From assembly GCA_002633005.1 (NCBI GenBank), contig NMRA01000078.1, positions 381,868-445,867 of the forward strand: DNA of 64,000 nt, written 5' to 3'. This document shows positions 25,801 through 38,857 of this stretch, in pieces. The position numbers and the translations under genes were made by a program. This DNA comes from Phoronis australis. Lineage: Eukaryota; Animalia; Phoronida. How positions within the stretch are numbered: the stretch's first letter is position 1; each line of letters begins with the position of its first letter. Below the pieces are notes generated by a model that saw nothing but the letters and a program-made list of their open reading frames with translations, was not told the DNA's origin and searched no databases.

Positions 25801-28800
25801 TTCAAGTTAAGCTATTTATTAAGGATTCGGACAACAGTGAAAACTAACTTTTTCAACAGTACTTCTGGTGCTGCTATCACTACACAACCACCACCACCAC
25901 CACCACCACCACTACCACCACCACCACCACCAACATCACTTCTACTACTAGTGTTAATAAAAATTACATAATAATGCTAATGTTAATAAAAATAGGAATA
26001 GGAATAGGTAAAAGTAGTAATAATAATACTAGCACAACAAACTCAACAAACTGGCGGTTATAGAAAAAGCAAAGGTGCCAGAAAAAATTGTGAGTTGGAC
26101 TCCTTGTATGAATGACAGAAAAATTCGCATTGGTGATGAATCACATATATTTAAGAAATACTGACTGAATGCCTTGCAATGCTTTCTGAAGTGCAGTTTG
26201 ATAGGGAACCCCGGGAGAGGCTTTCCGTCTTTATAGCCATTAATGTTGAGTAGTATAATGAATGGCGCTACACCTGATTTCCGCCCAGTGCACGGGATGG
26301 CCATCTGAAACACTGAGAATATAACAAGAATTACGCGAGCAGACGTCGCAGGCCCTATAATACCCTGAAGAGGCTAGCGAGAAACTTCTGATCTCAGTTA
26401 ACGATATACCTACACGAGTCAACCAAGGGCACAACAACTGTGATTGGAGTTCTTTCACTTCTTTGTATTACGTACAGTTGATGTCTGTTGAGTACATATA
26501 ACGCCGTCTGCTAATATACACAGTACGGTAATTCTCCGCATATTTCGCACAAAAAATAAGTACCACAATCGACATTTCTCCATTTTCAAAGGTTAATTAC
26601 ATGAGACATAGAATGATTCGTCTTCAAGTGCTTACGGAGTTGAAATTCCTAAGTTGCGCAAGTCGTCTACTGCTCGAAACAATTAAAAGCTGTTTGTAAC
26701 GTCATCTCTACATGCAGTGAATCTTACCCGTTTGTTTGAATGGCACGTATCCCGACAAAGGAATGCTAATCAAGGGGTCGTACATAATCTCCGGTTGCAT
26801 AGAGCGTAACTCAACGAACCAGTACCCGTACTGAAACAATAAAAAAGCCATACATCAAAGTCAGGATTTCATGTTTGTCTCCACTAGGTAGAATCTTTAA
26901 CGACCATCTGTGCTTAGTGATGCCGTAACGTTTTGAAGGTGAAGGGTTAGATCGGAGCTTCAAACCAAGAAAACATCAAAATCAACTCATATACTGGTTT
27001 ACTTTTATGTATAAGTTCATGAGAACCATGTAAAAAACAAAAAAGGATATACGACGAGAAAAAACTGTTACAGGAAAGAATTGTTGAATTGTTGACATGC
27101 ACAGTAAAATGACTTTTTATAGAACCAAAACGGATAGTGCCCAATGGGCGGGGCTATTCCAGGGGCGGATCCAGGATTTTTAGTTGGGGGGGGTAGGGCA
27201 AAGTATTAGCCAGGATTTTGTCGGTCAGACATTAGCACCCACGAACTGTGAAATGGAATTTGGGAGTTTTAGGGGGGTCCCATGGCCCCCATCTAAATCC
27301 GCCACTAATTTCCTTATAATGAAAGCAAGAACCACCCATCTGAACGGGCACCTGATGAGTGAACAGTCGAAATAAGATTAGTCACTCTTCTGTAACTGAT
27401 TTAAACTGGCACTTACCCGTTTGCGTTCTGGACCCGCCTCCCACGTCAAGTTCACGAGATTGACCGTTCCATTGATAACGGGCAGGTATTGTTCTATATT
27501 AGGATTTAGTAACAACTCAGTCACCTGGTCGTTCTCAATGACAGGAATATCGACACTAATTGAGGCACCTGCAAACGATAAAAAGGAAAGCAGTCTGTTG
27601 GTTATAGTCGGTGAAATCCGGAAATAACGTAGCAGCGTATGCGCCATTGTTAGTTCAATATTCCTTAATTCATAAAAGTTAAAAGGCTTCGCGGACGAAG
27701 AAACGATTAGATAGTTTATGGACCACGAACTTTACAATGGGGTCCATTTTTGCAACAAAACTCTCAGAATATGGTTTCATATTTTATTTTTAACTAGATA
27801 AATAGCATTTTGTAGGGCTTAAAAATAAACGGGTCTCTTTTAATCGAGTCAACTTTCTAACAAGTGGGTGAAATGGGGATAACCTAATTTCCCAGCTGCA
27901 GTCCCCGTCAAAACGTTGTCTAGTAACCCCATGAGAACGGAAGAGGCGTCAACGCCAATTTAGAACAAACTTCGGCGTTGCAAAACCCCTCTCCTTACAA
28001 CGTCAAATCATTAGACTCGCTCACTGCGTGTCACTACAGTCCAACACGTCAGAAGTGCATCATGTCTGTGGAGGGTATTAACCTCAATTTTCCACCAAAT
28101 ACCTTGCAGTTACAGCTTTTTAGCCTCGCGTGTTCCTCTTGGCTAAAAGGTTCTCACGGACATATTCAGCGGATCTTGACATCTTTTACCAAACGCCATA
28201 CGCGTGGACACAAACTTTAAATTAAGGTTAATTAATCACTTGTTCTTTTGACATTAGACTAATATGACATTTATTTTCCTTAATATGATACAGCCACGTA
28301 AACAGTGTGCGAAAGAAATACCAAGTTATGTCGAATTAACCTGTCAAATTTCTGTAACAAGCGTTTACTCACTCGTAAAATGTGGGTTACGAATGGGTTG
28401 GCTGAGACGAACTTGGAAAGATTTATCCACGGAGCTATCCACTATTTTTAGACGACGCCGTTAGGAAATAATGATGACCACTCATTTAGACAAATGGCGC
28501 GATAAAAATTCTACATTTACAGACAATCACTAAAAAGAGTCTTCAGTATGAAGCTTCTATACGAAGTCAGACCTTTGTAGCCCGTGAACTTCTTCGAAAC
28601 TGAAGACTTTGGACCCGAGGGCTGCTTAACTATATTGTTGACGGTTGGATGCAAATGGCATATACCAGGAAGATCTCTTCCTGCATATACCCATTCATTT
28701 AAAAACTCAAAAGGGTACCCATTTGTGAGGATTTTCCAAGACAAAGTCACCCTATCGTAGTCATTTTTTGTAGGAGTTAATTCCATGAAATGTAACTAGT

Positions 28801-31800
28801 TTGCGCTATGTATTCTTGGAACTGTACAAGAAAAGGACTCATTTTGACGGAAATAAGTAGACCAATTATAACAAAGTTTTAAAAATATATTCCATGTTGA
28901 AATCCTTCCATAGGTTAGTACAGTTGGAAAAGTAACATTTTGCAGAGGGTGGAACCCTCGAAGTTAACCTTGTTTAAAGAATTTTGTATCTTGAAGGCCA
29001 TATGTTGCGACTGAATGTGCCCTTTTGTAGAGTTTCTTACCCGATGGCCCTTGTCCATGAATTAAGATCTTTTGTAATCGTAAGGAACCTGGCAGTGAAA
29101 ACAAAAGGCTCACTACTTAAAGGCTGGTGCATTTGAGTGTGTAAGTAATCAGTCGTTCGCCTGATCTCACACAGTTATTGTAGTCTGGGGCCGGGCTTGA
29201 CGAAGGTCAGAGTGCGCTTGATTTCGATAGATTTTATGGCATTTAAACTTGTTATAGAGAAGCCAGCAGCACCTGCACGATAATAGTAGCAAAACCTATG
29301 GAACGCCAATGTACTCTCGCTCATACGAGTTCATGCGAGTGCAATACACTCGTCGCTGATAGAGCACGCGCAGATTTTGTTCAATGACGAAATTAATAGC
29401 AAGTTCACAAGTTCTTTAGAAACACGTGCATTTCACTCGTACTTAGGCCTACTGAAATATGCAACTGCCTTAAAATCGACGATACACGTGTGAAACCAAA
29501 AGTCCTTCAGACCACGGCTCTGGTACTCGAGGCAGATTATAATCTATATTCTATACTTCTTTTGCCATAGCACTGTAATCTGAACGAGTTGTATGAGCGG
29601 ATTTACGCGTACATTATACATTGCCGCTCATATGTACGAGTACGATGCCCTCGAATGAACGAGTGCAATGCACCCGTTTTCAAAAGAATACGTTGGCTTT
29701 CCATAGAAATCCTGCTTGCCTACTAGCAGGCTGCACGATCTCAGCAAAGCATATGGCTTTCAGAGAATACCCTTAAGGGTATACATTGCCTGAATTCATA
29801 TTGTGCAAAACGCTCCAATGAACTGAAGTAATTATTCCAATAAAAGTTATTTCTCTTCAAAGAACCAACTGGGGTCGATAGAATTCAAGGCTCCGAAAGT
29901 TATATAATCCGTATAAACGTACATAGTATATATAGTCCAGCAGAGGCGAAGATGAGTAAATCTCTAGTGAGATTTAAATCGCGCTGACCAAAGGTATCTC
30001 GTGCCAGCTGTCTTTGACACATCATAAGTCAACCAGGATGGATGGGATGGGAGCAATCGATGACGACCCCGAGGGAGCACTGTAGGTCACCAGTGCATAC
30101 CGGATGTGTCGCTTTACGTTCGGTGGCTCTACTGAGGCGACTTTCGCACGAAAGAGTGCACTTTGACATTAATACCCTTCCACGATAGGATTCATTTGCG
30201 TTAAAACTCTCAAAATGGTTCCTTTTGTTGCAAAATCTACGAAACCCAGTGTAGAATGCCTTTGTTTCATTTTATATAACGAAAAATAGAAAGGTGAGAA
30301 AAACAAGCGGTTCATAATCCATTTAAAAGGTTACATTCCTACCGATTTGTCCCCAGTTGTCAAGTGAAGCAGATTCATTTAGGCGTTTCAAATTCTCAAA
30401 ATGATTCCTTTTTGTTGCCAATTCTACGAAGCCTGATGTCTATATTTCATACATATAATAAAAACGGCTCATAAACAAGTTTAGTGGTTATATTCTTACC
30501 GTTTTTTCTCCAGTTGCCATGTACAGCGATTTTTATTTTAATCACTTGTGTGATTGCGTCAGTTATCAGCCAAAATGGTGACAACAAACTACACACCTTT
30601 TCACGGAAAATCCTCAAAAATGAATCTCTTTGGATAGCAAATCATTCTAATCTCCCTCGTCAAAAATAGTAGAAAGCCAACATGTCAGCCACCATGAGGA
30701 GACGTCAACAGGCGACTCACACGATCACGAGGACTGGTCTTGGACCAAGGCTGTTCTAAATATTTTGAGACCTCTCTTTAGCCATAACCCATAATTTACA
30801 CTTAATTACGTCATTAAATAAGATCAAAGGGTAAAAGTGGTTATTAAAGAAAATAAAGACACTGGCGCTGAAATTATTTAGCCGTTCATGACAAGTGTAA
30901 CGTGGTAACTGTGCCCAAATGCCTATATTACTATGGCAGATCTTTGGTCTGCTAAATTTTAGCTTTCATCAGTTCCATGTAGGGCCATTTGTTTTAAATC
31001 GAACAATGTTGTTTCAATCAAGCTCATTTAGCACTGCTGGAGTGTGCTCATTTGGATGTCTTCAATTTGTCTGTTATTGTAACAAGCCAAAACTTGGCCT
31101 AACACAACCCAAGGCATGTCGACCGTTGGTTGTGTTGGCGAGTTCATGTCGGTCACTAACCAGCACTGTTTGACCACACTTTGTAAAATGTAACCAGCCT
31201 ATTGCATGAATATCACTGCAAAATTGTAAATGCGAACAACGCGACATTGCGTTCACTTCATGAACTAAAAAACACCCGCGCATCCACGCCAAGATTAAGT
31301 GTACTTTTTCATAGTAAATACGTATATACGGAAGCAAATTTTCTATAAAATGAAAGGCGATATTTATGTATTTGGACGACTGGAAACGCGTTTACTCATT
31401 TCCAGTTATCTTCTATTAGTTCAAGGTTCGATACAGGCACAGCCTTCGAAACAATTGTTCCCAAACTACCCTCGATTGTCGTTTCCTATGGTAAGACGAC
31501 TATGACGTGTTTCCAGAGCGTGGATTTTTCCAAGTTTCTTAATGTGTGTTATCAACATTTTTTTTTTTGTAAATGATTGAGTCACACGTCTATTTAGATT
31601 ATTACGTCGATCAGCTCGTAAACCTGTCCTATATGCCGTTCTATTTAACTGGCGATTATGCATGATCAGACCATTTGTAAGAAATGAACACAGAGATCGA
31701 CTGCGGTCTTGTCAGTTATTTTGATATTCTACTCATTATTTTTATTGACACAAAATCTCTTATTATACGCATGACATTTTGATCGGTTATTACCAGCACC

Positions 31801-32522
31801 CAGTTTTTATCAAGAACGACATTTAGCCATGTTGATAAAACGACCAACACTTCGTCACCCCCGGTGCGTGACCACGAAACCCCAAGTACACCGTGGTCTA
31901 CCACCTGACAATAAAACGATTCGTGTGTTGTTGCTAAACACGCTTTAGTAATAAAAACACGAAACATTTCACACATTTTGGCAAAAAGACAACACAAAAT
32001 TTCGCACAGAGTCTTCTTACAATGGGCATTCCCTTTTGCGTCATCATAAAATTATTACCCTTTCTGAATTAACGCCTTTGCGACATTTTAGGTAGTTTAA
32101 AAACTTCGCAATGTGTAAGTCGGATTGTAATAACATTGTTAATCATATTCACACTTTTACTGAAAAAAAAACTTTAAAGGACGAGACATTTCGTGGAGCG
32201 ACTTCGTTTGTCGTCTTAGGAGCATTAATCCGACAAGGGAAACGATACAAATCAACTTCTGAATATTTTCGAGTTTCGCTTAGTACACGTTCCTCCCTCG
32301 ATGCTATATTACGTTACAAGGATAAGACACAAATTTCTCACAGCTCAAGGCAATGTTCCCCTTTGAACCAATTACTGAAGAGATTACTGTAACGCATCGC
32401 GTAAACTTCATACCTAAGAACTGTTTCACTTGCTTGCTGTCGATCCAAAGCGACATGGCGTCCGACCGCGCGCACAGATAGCTCAGTGACAGGAACAAGA
32501 ATAGGAACAGACGGTCGGCCAT
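19807..32522 (-). CDS. WIF1: Wnt inhibitory factor 1 / Shifted-like secreted protein, about 360 aa, 9 coding exons: 32522-32414, 27568-27417, 26830-26728, 26312-26166, 25315-25124, 24324-24229, 23126-23034, 22613-22518, 19901-19807
   Basis: All junctions are GT-AG with compatible phases. Signal peptide, then SLWID, then WIF domain (VNLTWEAG, LRSMQPEIMYDPLISIPLSGYVP, FQMAIPCTGRKSGVA, PLPGFPIKLHFRKHC), five EGF repeats and a basic tail GFKWRKRDRDRRRQRKRLKRKKRTRKRKTA*. Confidence 0.92.
20446..20691. mobile_element. MITE family B copy in the last WIF1 intron
   Basis: Homologous to 19386-19634 and 16104-16344. Confidence 0.8.
21191..22830. repeat. Near-identical duplication of about 800 bp flanking a single-N gap; duplicates the WIF1 EGF5 exon (21769-21674 and 22613-22518)
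   Basis: 21191-21985 matches 22039-22830 with scattered SNPs and indels, and the junction is an N. Probably two alleles assembled in tandem. Confidence 0.85.
23144..23238. mobile_element. Short palindromic (hairpin) element, about 95 bp
   Basis: tctgatataacgtgcccgaattttgagaaccagttt ... aaactggttctcaaaattcggtcacgttatatcaga. Second copy at 63786-63881. Confidence 0.85.
23361..23831. mobile_element. Non-autonomous DNA element with TTAAAG...CTTTAA ends and long imperfect TIRs (Kolobok-like)
   Basis: Left tttgatttagccgc...atgaaattggtcccaaattgttc mirrors right gtaccaaatgagaccaaatttatagcggg...aaatcaaa. TTAA at both termini. Confidence 0.55.
24596..24811. mobile_element. MITE family C (CAGTGGCGGAT-type ends, hAT-like)
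   Basis: cagtggcagatctacg ... cgtagatccggcctctg. Relatives at 27160-27307 and starting near 42435. Confidence 0.7.
24821..24966. mobile_element. MITE family A copy
   Basis: Homologous to 9350-9496, with catgggcggc / gcgctgcccatg ends. Confidence 0.8.
25885..25950. repeat. (ACC)n microsatellite
   Basis: Visible run of acc units. Confidence 0.9.
27160..27307. mobile_element. MITE family C copy
   Basis: caggggcggatccagga ... ctaaatccgccact. Confidence 0.7.
29296..29706. mobile_element. MITE with about 22-bp imperfect TIRs
   Basis: ctatggaacgccaatgtactct / agaatacgttggctttccatag, plus repeated subterminal cgagtgcaat motifs. Confidence 0.65.
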
Positions 32523-35500
32523 CTTGAGTCGTGATTCACAGAGCGATGGCCAGCAGACGACTAGACTGTGACTTCTTGAAGTCCGCGTTTATCTGATATC
32601 AAGTCATCGGACGGAAGTGCTGGAATATCAGTCAAACGAAATGTTAAATCTACAACGTAAATGTACTTACACTTATTCTGGGTAGGCCTAATGTAGTTTT
32701 CTAAATATCAAACAAGTGAATTTCGTCTGCATGAACTACGGTCTGCGTACACACACAAACACAAACAACAGGCTTACCTTTAAGAATTGTAATTTTTCAG
32801 AAAAACCTTTTACCCCATCACACTATTACAAATTGGCTCAATGTATTCGAGGGTTCGCTTTAAAACGTACTTTGTTTGACCGTTGCATGGACTTCGCGGC
32901 TGATGTTGTCAACTACGGTTCTGTCACTGTTCCGCTAAGTTAGAAATTTGCGCATATGACTGAGTTTTACGATTCGTTTGCGTCTCTTTCTTGGAGTTGT
33001 TTTTAGTGTGACTTAGTCGTCGAGTATTATAAGCATAACAATTGACAAGCAGTGTAAAACTATTCTATACCTCACTGAAGCGGGATCTTCACATCTGTGG
33101 ACATATGAGGGGCTTCTGTAAAGTTATAGAAGTCCGTGACGGTAGCGAACAAACAGCTGCTGTTGTGTTTTTTCTCTCCAATTGTTAGAAAGGACAACAA
33201 TACGTATGTATGGTTGACTAGTACGCTTCAAAACTGCATGCCGACGTGTGGGTTTAGCAATCTCCAAAGAAATCCCTAAACAAACAATCGGGTTGTCGAC
33301 ATGATACCGTAAAACATGAAAGAGGCTCTTCACCGCTGCTCAGAAGATTCGCTGATAAATGCTGTTTCAAATGGCAGCAACACACATAATGTACACAGAA
33401 CAAAATGATACAAAGTCCACTAAACACGTTGATAATTGCAGCCGCACTTGCTCAACACAGGTTCCTGTGTCTTGTAATGTGTTGATGACTTGACCGTGTG
33501 TCGAACGACAGGTTTATCGCTTCCTAATTGCCGTCCGAAGCATCTTAATAGAAGACTAAAGTTTTAACTAAACAGACTTCGAGCATTGGATTCGAGATAA
33601 TGCGAAATCTACCTGTCCCTAATGATTACAAGAAAGCCATCCAAAACACCATGCCGGATGAACTCCATCAGATGAAAACATCAACTCGCTCGCCAAATTT
33701 CCAGCATCGCGGCCGGTGAGCCAACCACACACATAGCGGCACACATATAGCGGGCCTTTTGGAAATCACACCGGACTTGAATAATTTCCAATGACAATAA
33801 AAGTTGTCATCTACGCTAAACTATACTGAAGTATGAAACCCACGCACGTTTAACTCAGACCTAAAAGGTGTTTTATATCGTTTGGGATGTGTGCCATAGC
33901 CTTGACTTAGACTATTACTGGTCGTTAGCTGAGATGATAAAACAAAAGTCAACATTACCTGCAAACACTGAGCATCTGTTATTAAACACGTGTAATCCGT
34001 TTGCCACACAATATATCCCACCTTCGATCTACGTGTGTATTACCTTGTGTACTCGATCTTCGGCACAACTTATATGAATGGGTAACGTTCAAAAGTCACG
34101 TGACAGGCGGTGTCGTGTCCGCCAACTGCTGTTCTTCACGGGTTTTCATTTTCCTGCTGAGAGAAATACCGATAAAAGCTAGCAGCGAGAGTGTTTATTT
34201 GTTCAAGTGATATGATACTTTGTTAGGAAAACCACTCGGCTTTGTTATTCAAGGAGAGAGTGAATGGTGAATGCACAATACACAACATGACCGAGATCAC
34301 TTTCACCTATCTGAACTTTCACCGCTAGTAAAGCCCAAATCACCCGCGGTTGACATTTTACCAAACGTCAATTTTCCGATTTTTGTTTTTCAACTTGTCT
34401 TGCTCAGTGTGACATTTCGTATATTTAAATTTGTCTGAGACTGTTCTATTAAAGAAAGTGATGGATTCTTTCTGATTTCGCGAGACAGATATCCATTAGT
34501 TCGTCTTCTTTCTTTTTCTTTTTTTGTTCTTCACCATCTCATTCTTCTTCATTTTCGTCGTCACCTTCTTCTTCATTTTCTTCTTTCTATAATCAGTTTT
34601 TGCGTAAAACATGCGATTTTAAATGACTTTAACTCTGCATACCGTAAGAGGACTATATTTTGGCAATAAAGAGATACAGTTCAGAGTCGAATTGTGTTCT
34701 CATTTGAGCGCCATTTTTGGAAGGAATAGGAAACATTTCTCAGTGATCACTTAAAAAAACCTACCTTTCACTAATGCATCAAAAATAACAAAGAATAGAA
34801 CGCAGCAAAAAATTTAACTTTAACTTTTTGTTCCAATCTTTGTTTTTATCTTTCATAGGTTTGCAAAAATTTAATGTTAAGGAAGAATTACTTTAATAAT
34901 GTTTACTTTGATGAGTGTTCTGACACAATAAATTTTCTCTTTCCTCTATTCCGGGTACTGTGTTCTACACAGAACTTTTAACATTACTCCCTGAACGACA
35001 TTAATCAACGTAGCAAAATCTTGCGGAACATTCTAAAGCAGTGATTTACAATTTATTATAAATCATTACGTATTCTCTTGTAAAATGAAAAATGGCCAAA
35101 CCGTCATACCCGGAGCACTTAGAGGGTGAATAAATCACCTCGCGTCGTTCAGATGTTATCTAGGGACTATCTTGTCCGTCGAGTAATGACCCTTAAGTTG
35201 GAATGTCATTAGAGTGTTTGTTTACAAGTTCATGAGTGGAGCAGTGTCGGCGTCCTGTCGAAAGACCATTGACGAGGATTACGTAACGGAAAGCTAAGCA
35301 ACTACTTACGGCTCGATTTGATTTTGCGACCACAAAGCTCAATTGTTCACATTCAAAGGGTGCCTTATGCGACAGTCAATGGCTAATAGGATGTTAAACG
35401 AATTTATACTTGAAATGAGATTTAGTAGTGGACAGGTGTGAACAAAATCTTCATTTTGAACACATTCTTCGTTGCATCAATACAATATAACCATTTTGTT

Positions 35501-36117
35501 GATAACTTCAATTTGCTTAAATGTTCATAGTGGACGAATAAACGTTTGAGCTTGGCCGTCGTCGATTATATAATCAACATAGCTTGAGGTGATAATTACA
35601 CGTACAAACGTTTTTAACACGAATATTTTCATTCCTTCAAAACAAATGAAGTGGTGCACAAACGATTCGAGTTACTTACTAAGTTTCACCTCAGATAGGT
35701 TTCACGTGCGCGACAAACAATGAGCATTCGCTTCTGCCTCGTGTGACGTCACAAAATGACCGCACTCGTCAAGGACTGGCTGAAAAATGTAGGCAGATTC
35801 ATTTTTGAAATGGGCACATTATAGCCTCTCACTTTTCTCAGGGTTGCGCCGCTCATTCCTATATGTCACAATCCAACACTTTACGACTGATACCTCGCAC
35901 CACAAACCTGTTTTGTAATCCGAGCTGAAGCAAACTTCAAGCAGATGCGCCAACTCACGAGTTTCCTGAACTAACCAGTTACATAACAAGCCAAATTAGT
36001 TGCAACACAATCTTCCATAATATACGCAATAAAGTTGAGTCCATTCGTAGAATTAGTATTTGTAACACTAATATATAACGGGACCGGGAAACAGAATTTA
36101 TTGAAGTATATTTATTG

Positions 36118-38857
36118 GAGTATTTTAGAAAAATATCAGCTTTCCCCGTTCTTCCCACTTACACGGCCAGCTGAGAGGATGTAAATTACTATCGTCAAGC
36201 ACGTACAAAGTCAATCAACAGATTTGTAATAAACGATTACACGTGTACATTTTGCAGCAAGGTATGTACAATAGATGGTTGTATGTCTAAAACACTAGGC
36301 TTTTGTCTTGTATAACACGTGATCTAGTGAGATCTAGTACATAGCCAAAGTCGAGTTCAAAAGCTATCTCGCGGCGAGAAAAATCGAGCCAAAATCATGA
36401 ACTCTCTCTGGAACTACACGGCGGTATCTCGTGGAATCTCGAGAGATCTTGCTTTTCTAGCGACCAGAGACGCTAGCGTTACTGAACGCGACTGCATGAT
36501 AACCATCTGAACCTATCTTGCCGACTAGCAGAGACCCTTCACCGGTGGTCAGCGGCGCATGCGTAAGCAGATCACAACAGTGGGTCTATATGCTTTCTCG
36601 CCTCTCAGACATTTATTTTTTTGTTCGTGGACGTACCAACCATACTCCAGCGCATCATTCCCTGCCCGCAGTGCCACTTCCCCGCTTTTGGACAAAACCT
36701 CGTTGATCGCAGCTGAACTATTTCGTTGCTATTTCATTTCATTCAATGAATAGTTTAAATATCTTAAAATCAAAAAAGCCATTCTCTCTACATGTCTAAT
36801 GCGAATTTAATCCACTATCAATAATCAAGCTCATCGAACCCTGGCACTACGAACACAACCGACATCTATTGTTGAGCGCAAAGTGAGATCAATCACATTT
36901 TCATTGTATCATAACCATTGTCAATACACGTAAATTAATTTGTTTTTGTTTTCATTTTTATAACTTAAAGGTAGCAGTTGTGCAATGGTTTGTTCAAACG
37001 AATCATCGAGAATTGGCGAAGTTGTGGTTTTATGTAGATACTTTTCATAGTTAGTACATAGAGATTTTATCAGCTTGTAAATGAAGTGGATCGAGAGAAT
37101 GAAACGGAACGTGAGGGCACTGAATAGCTTATGTGAGAGCAGGGTTGGTCCGTCCACGAGCAAAGAAATATTTCCGCTAAAAACGTGACAGGTGGAGGGG
37201 AGTAATTAAGCGTTTGCGAGAGAGGAATGGCATACGCGAGGGGAAGTTTTGCGTGCGCGAACGTGGCCTCCGGTGAAATGAAGGTGCCATTACTAGACAC
37301 CTACCACAATTAAATTTACGTTAGATACTATATATTCACTTTTTTAGTATAGCTATGCCGGTTTGAAGGCTCATCCTACAAAAATAGTGACAGGAAAACA
37401 TTGAACTGTTTTTGATTACATTTCTCCCATAGGCCATCTAGTCTGTTTTGCTCCTGGGTTTCGCGTGGCATTCTATTGTATCCGGGTTATTNAGTATTTT
37501 AGAAAAATATCAGCTTTCCCCGTTCTTCCCACTTACACGGCCAGCTGAGAGGATGTAAATTACTATCGTCAAGCACGTACAGATTTGTAATAAACGATTA
37601 CACGTGTACATTTTGCAGCAAGGTAGGTACAATAGATGGTTGTATGTCTAAAACACTAGGCTTTTGTCTTGTATAACACGTGATCTAGTGAGATCTAGAA
37701 CATAGCCAAAGTCGAGTTCAAAAGCTATCTCGCGGGGAGAAAAATCGAGCCAAAATCATGAACTCTCTGGAACTACACGGCGGTATCTCGCGGAATCTCG
37801 AGAGATCTTGCTTTTCTAGCGACCAGAGACGCTAGCGTTACTGAACGCGACTGCATGATAACCATCTGAACCTATCTTGCCGACTAGCAGAGATCCTTCA
37901 CCGGTGGTCAGCGGCGCATGCGTAAGCGGATCACAACAGTGGGTCTATATGCTTTCTCGCCTCTCAGACATTTATTACTTGTTTTTTTGTTCGTGGACGT
38001 ACCAACCATACTCCTGCGCATCATTCCCTGCCCGCAGTGCCACTTCCCCGCTTTTGTACAAAACCTCGTTGATCGCTGCTGAACTATTTCGTTGCTATTT
38101 CATTTCATTCAATGAATAGTTTAAATATCTTAAAATCAAAAAAGCCATTCTCTCTACATGTCTAATGCGAATTTAATCCACTATCAATAATCAAGCTCAT
38201 GGAACCCTGGCACTACGAACACAACCGACATCTATTGTTGAGCGCAAAGTGAGATCAATCACATTTTCATTGTATCATAACCATTGTCAATACACGTAAA
38301 TTAATTTGTTTTTGTTTTCATTTTTATAACTTAAAGGTAGCAGTTGTGCAATGGTTTGTTCAAACGAATCATCGAGAATTGGCGAAGTTGTGGTTTTATG
38401 TAGATACATTTCATAGTTAGTACATAGAGATTTTATCAGCTTGTAAATGAAGTGGATCGAGAGAATGAAACGGAACGTGAGGGCACTGAATAGCTTATGT
38501 GAGAGCAGGGTTGGTCCGTCCACGAGCAAAGAAATATTTCCGCTAAAAACGTGACAGGTGGAGGGGAGTAATTAAGCGTTTGCGAGAGAGGAATGGCATA
38601 CGCGAGGGGAAGTTTTGCGTGCGCGAACCTGGCCTCCGGTGAAATGTAGGTGCCATTACTAGACACCTACCACAATTAAATTTACGTTAGATACTATATA
38701 TTCACTTTTTTAGTATGGCTATGCCGGTTTGAAGGCTCATCCTACAAAAATAATGACAGGAAAACATTGAACTGTTTTTGATTACATTTCTCCCACAGGC
38801 CATCTAGTCTGTTTTGCTCCTGGGTTTCGCGTGGCATTCTATTGTATCCGGGTTATT
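36118..38857. repeat. Near-identical duplication of about 1.37 kb flanking a single-N gap
   Basis: 36118-37491 matches 37493-38857 with few SNPs or indels, and the N at 37492 is exactly the junction. Confidence 0.9.

Noticed and set aside
27351-27390. Hammerhead ribozyme (ctgatga...gaaa)
   Set aside because: Stems I, II and III do not form. Other ctgaNga hits I checked (about 4202, 26364, 30132) also fail.
36118-38857. 1.37-kb tandem duplication as a real segmental duplication
   Set aside because: The junction is exactly a single N and the differences look allelic, so it is most likely an uncollapsed haplotype overlap. The duplicated ORFs have no recognisable motifs.
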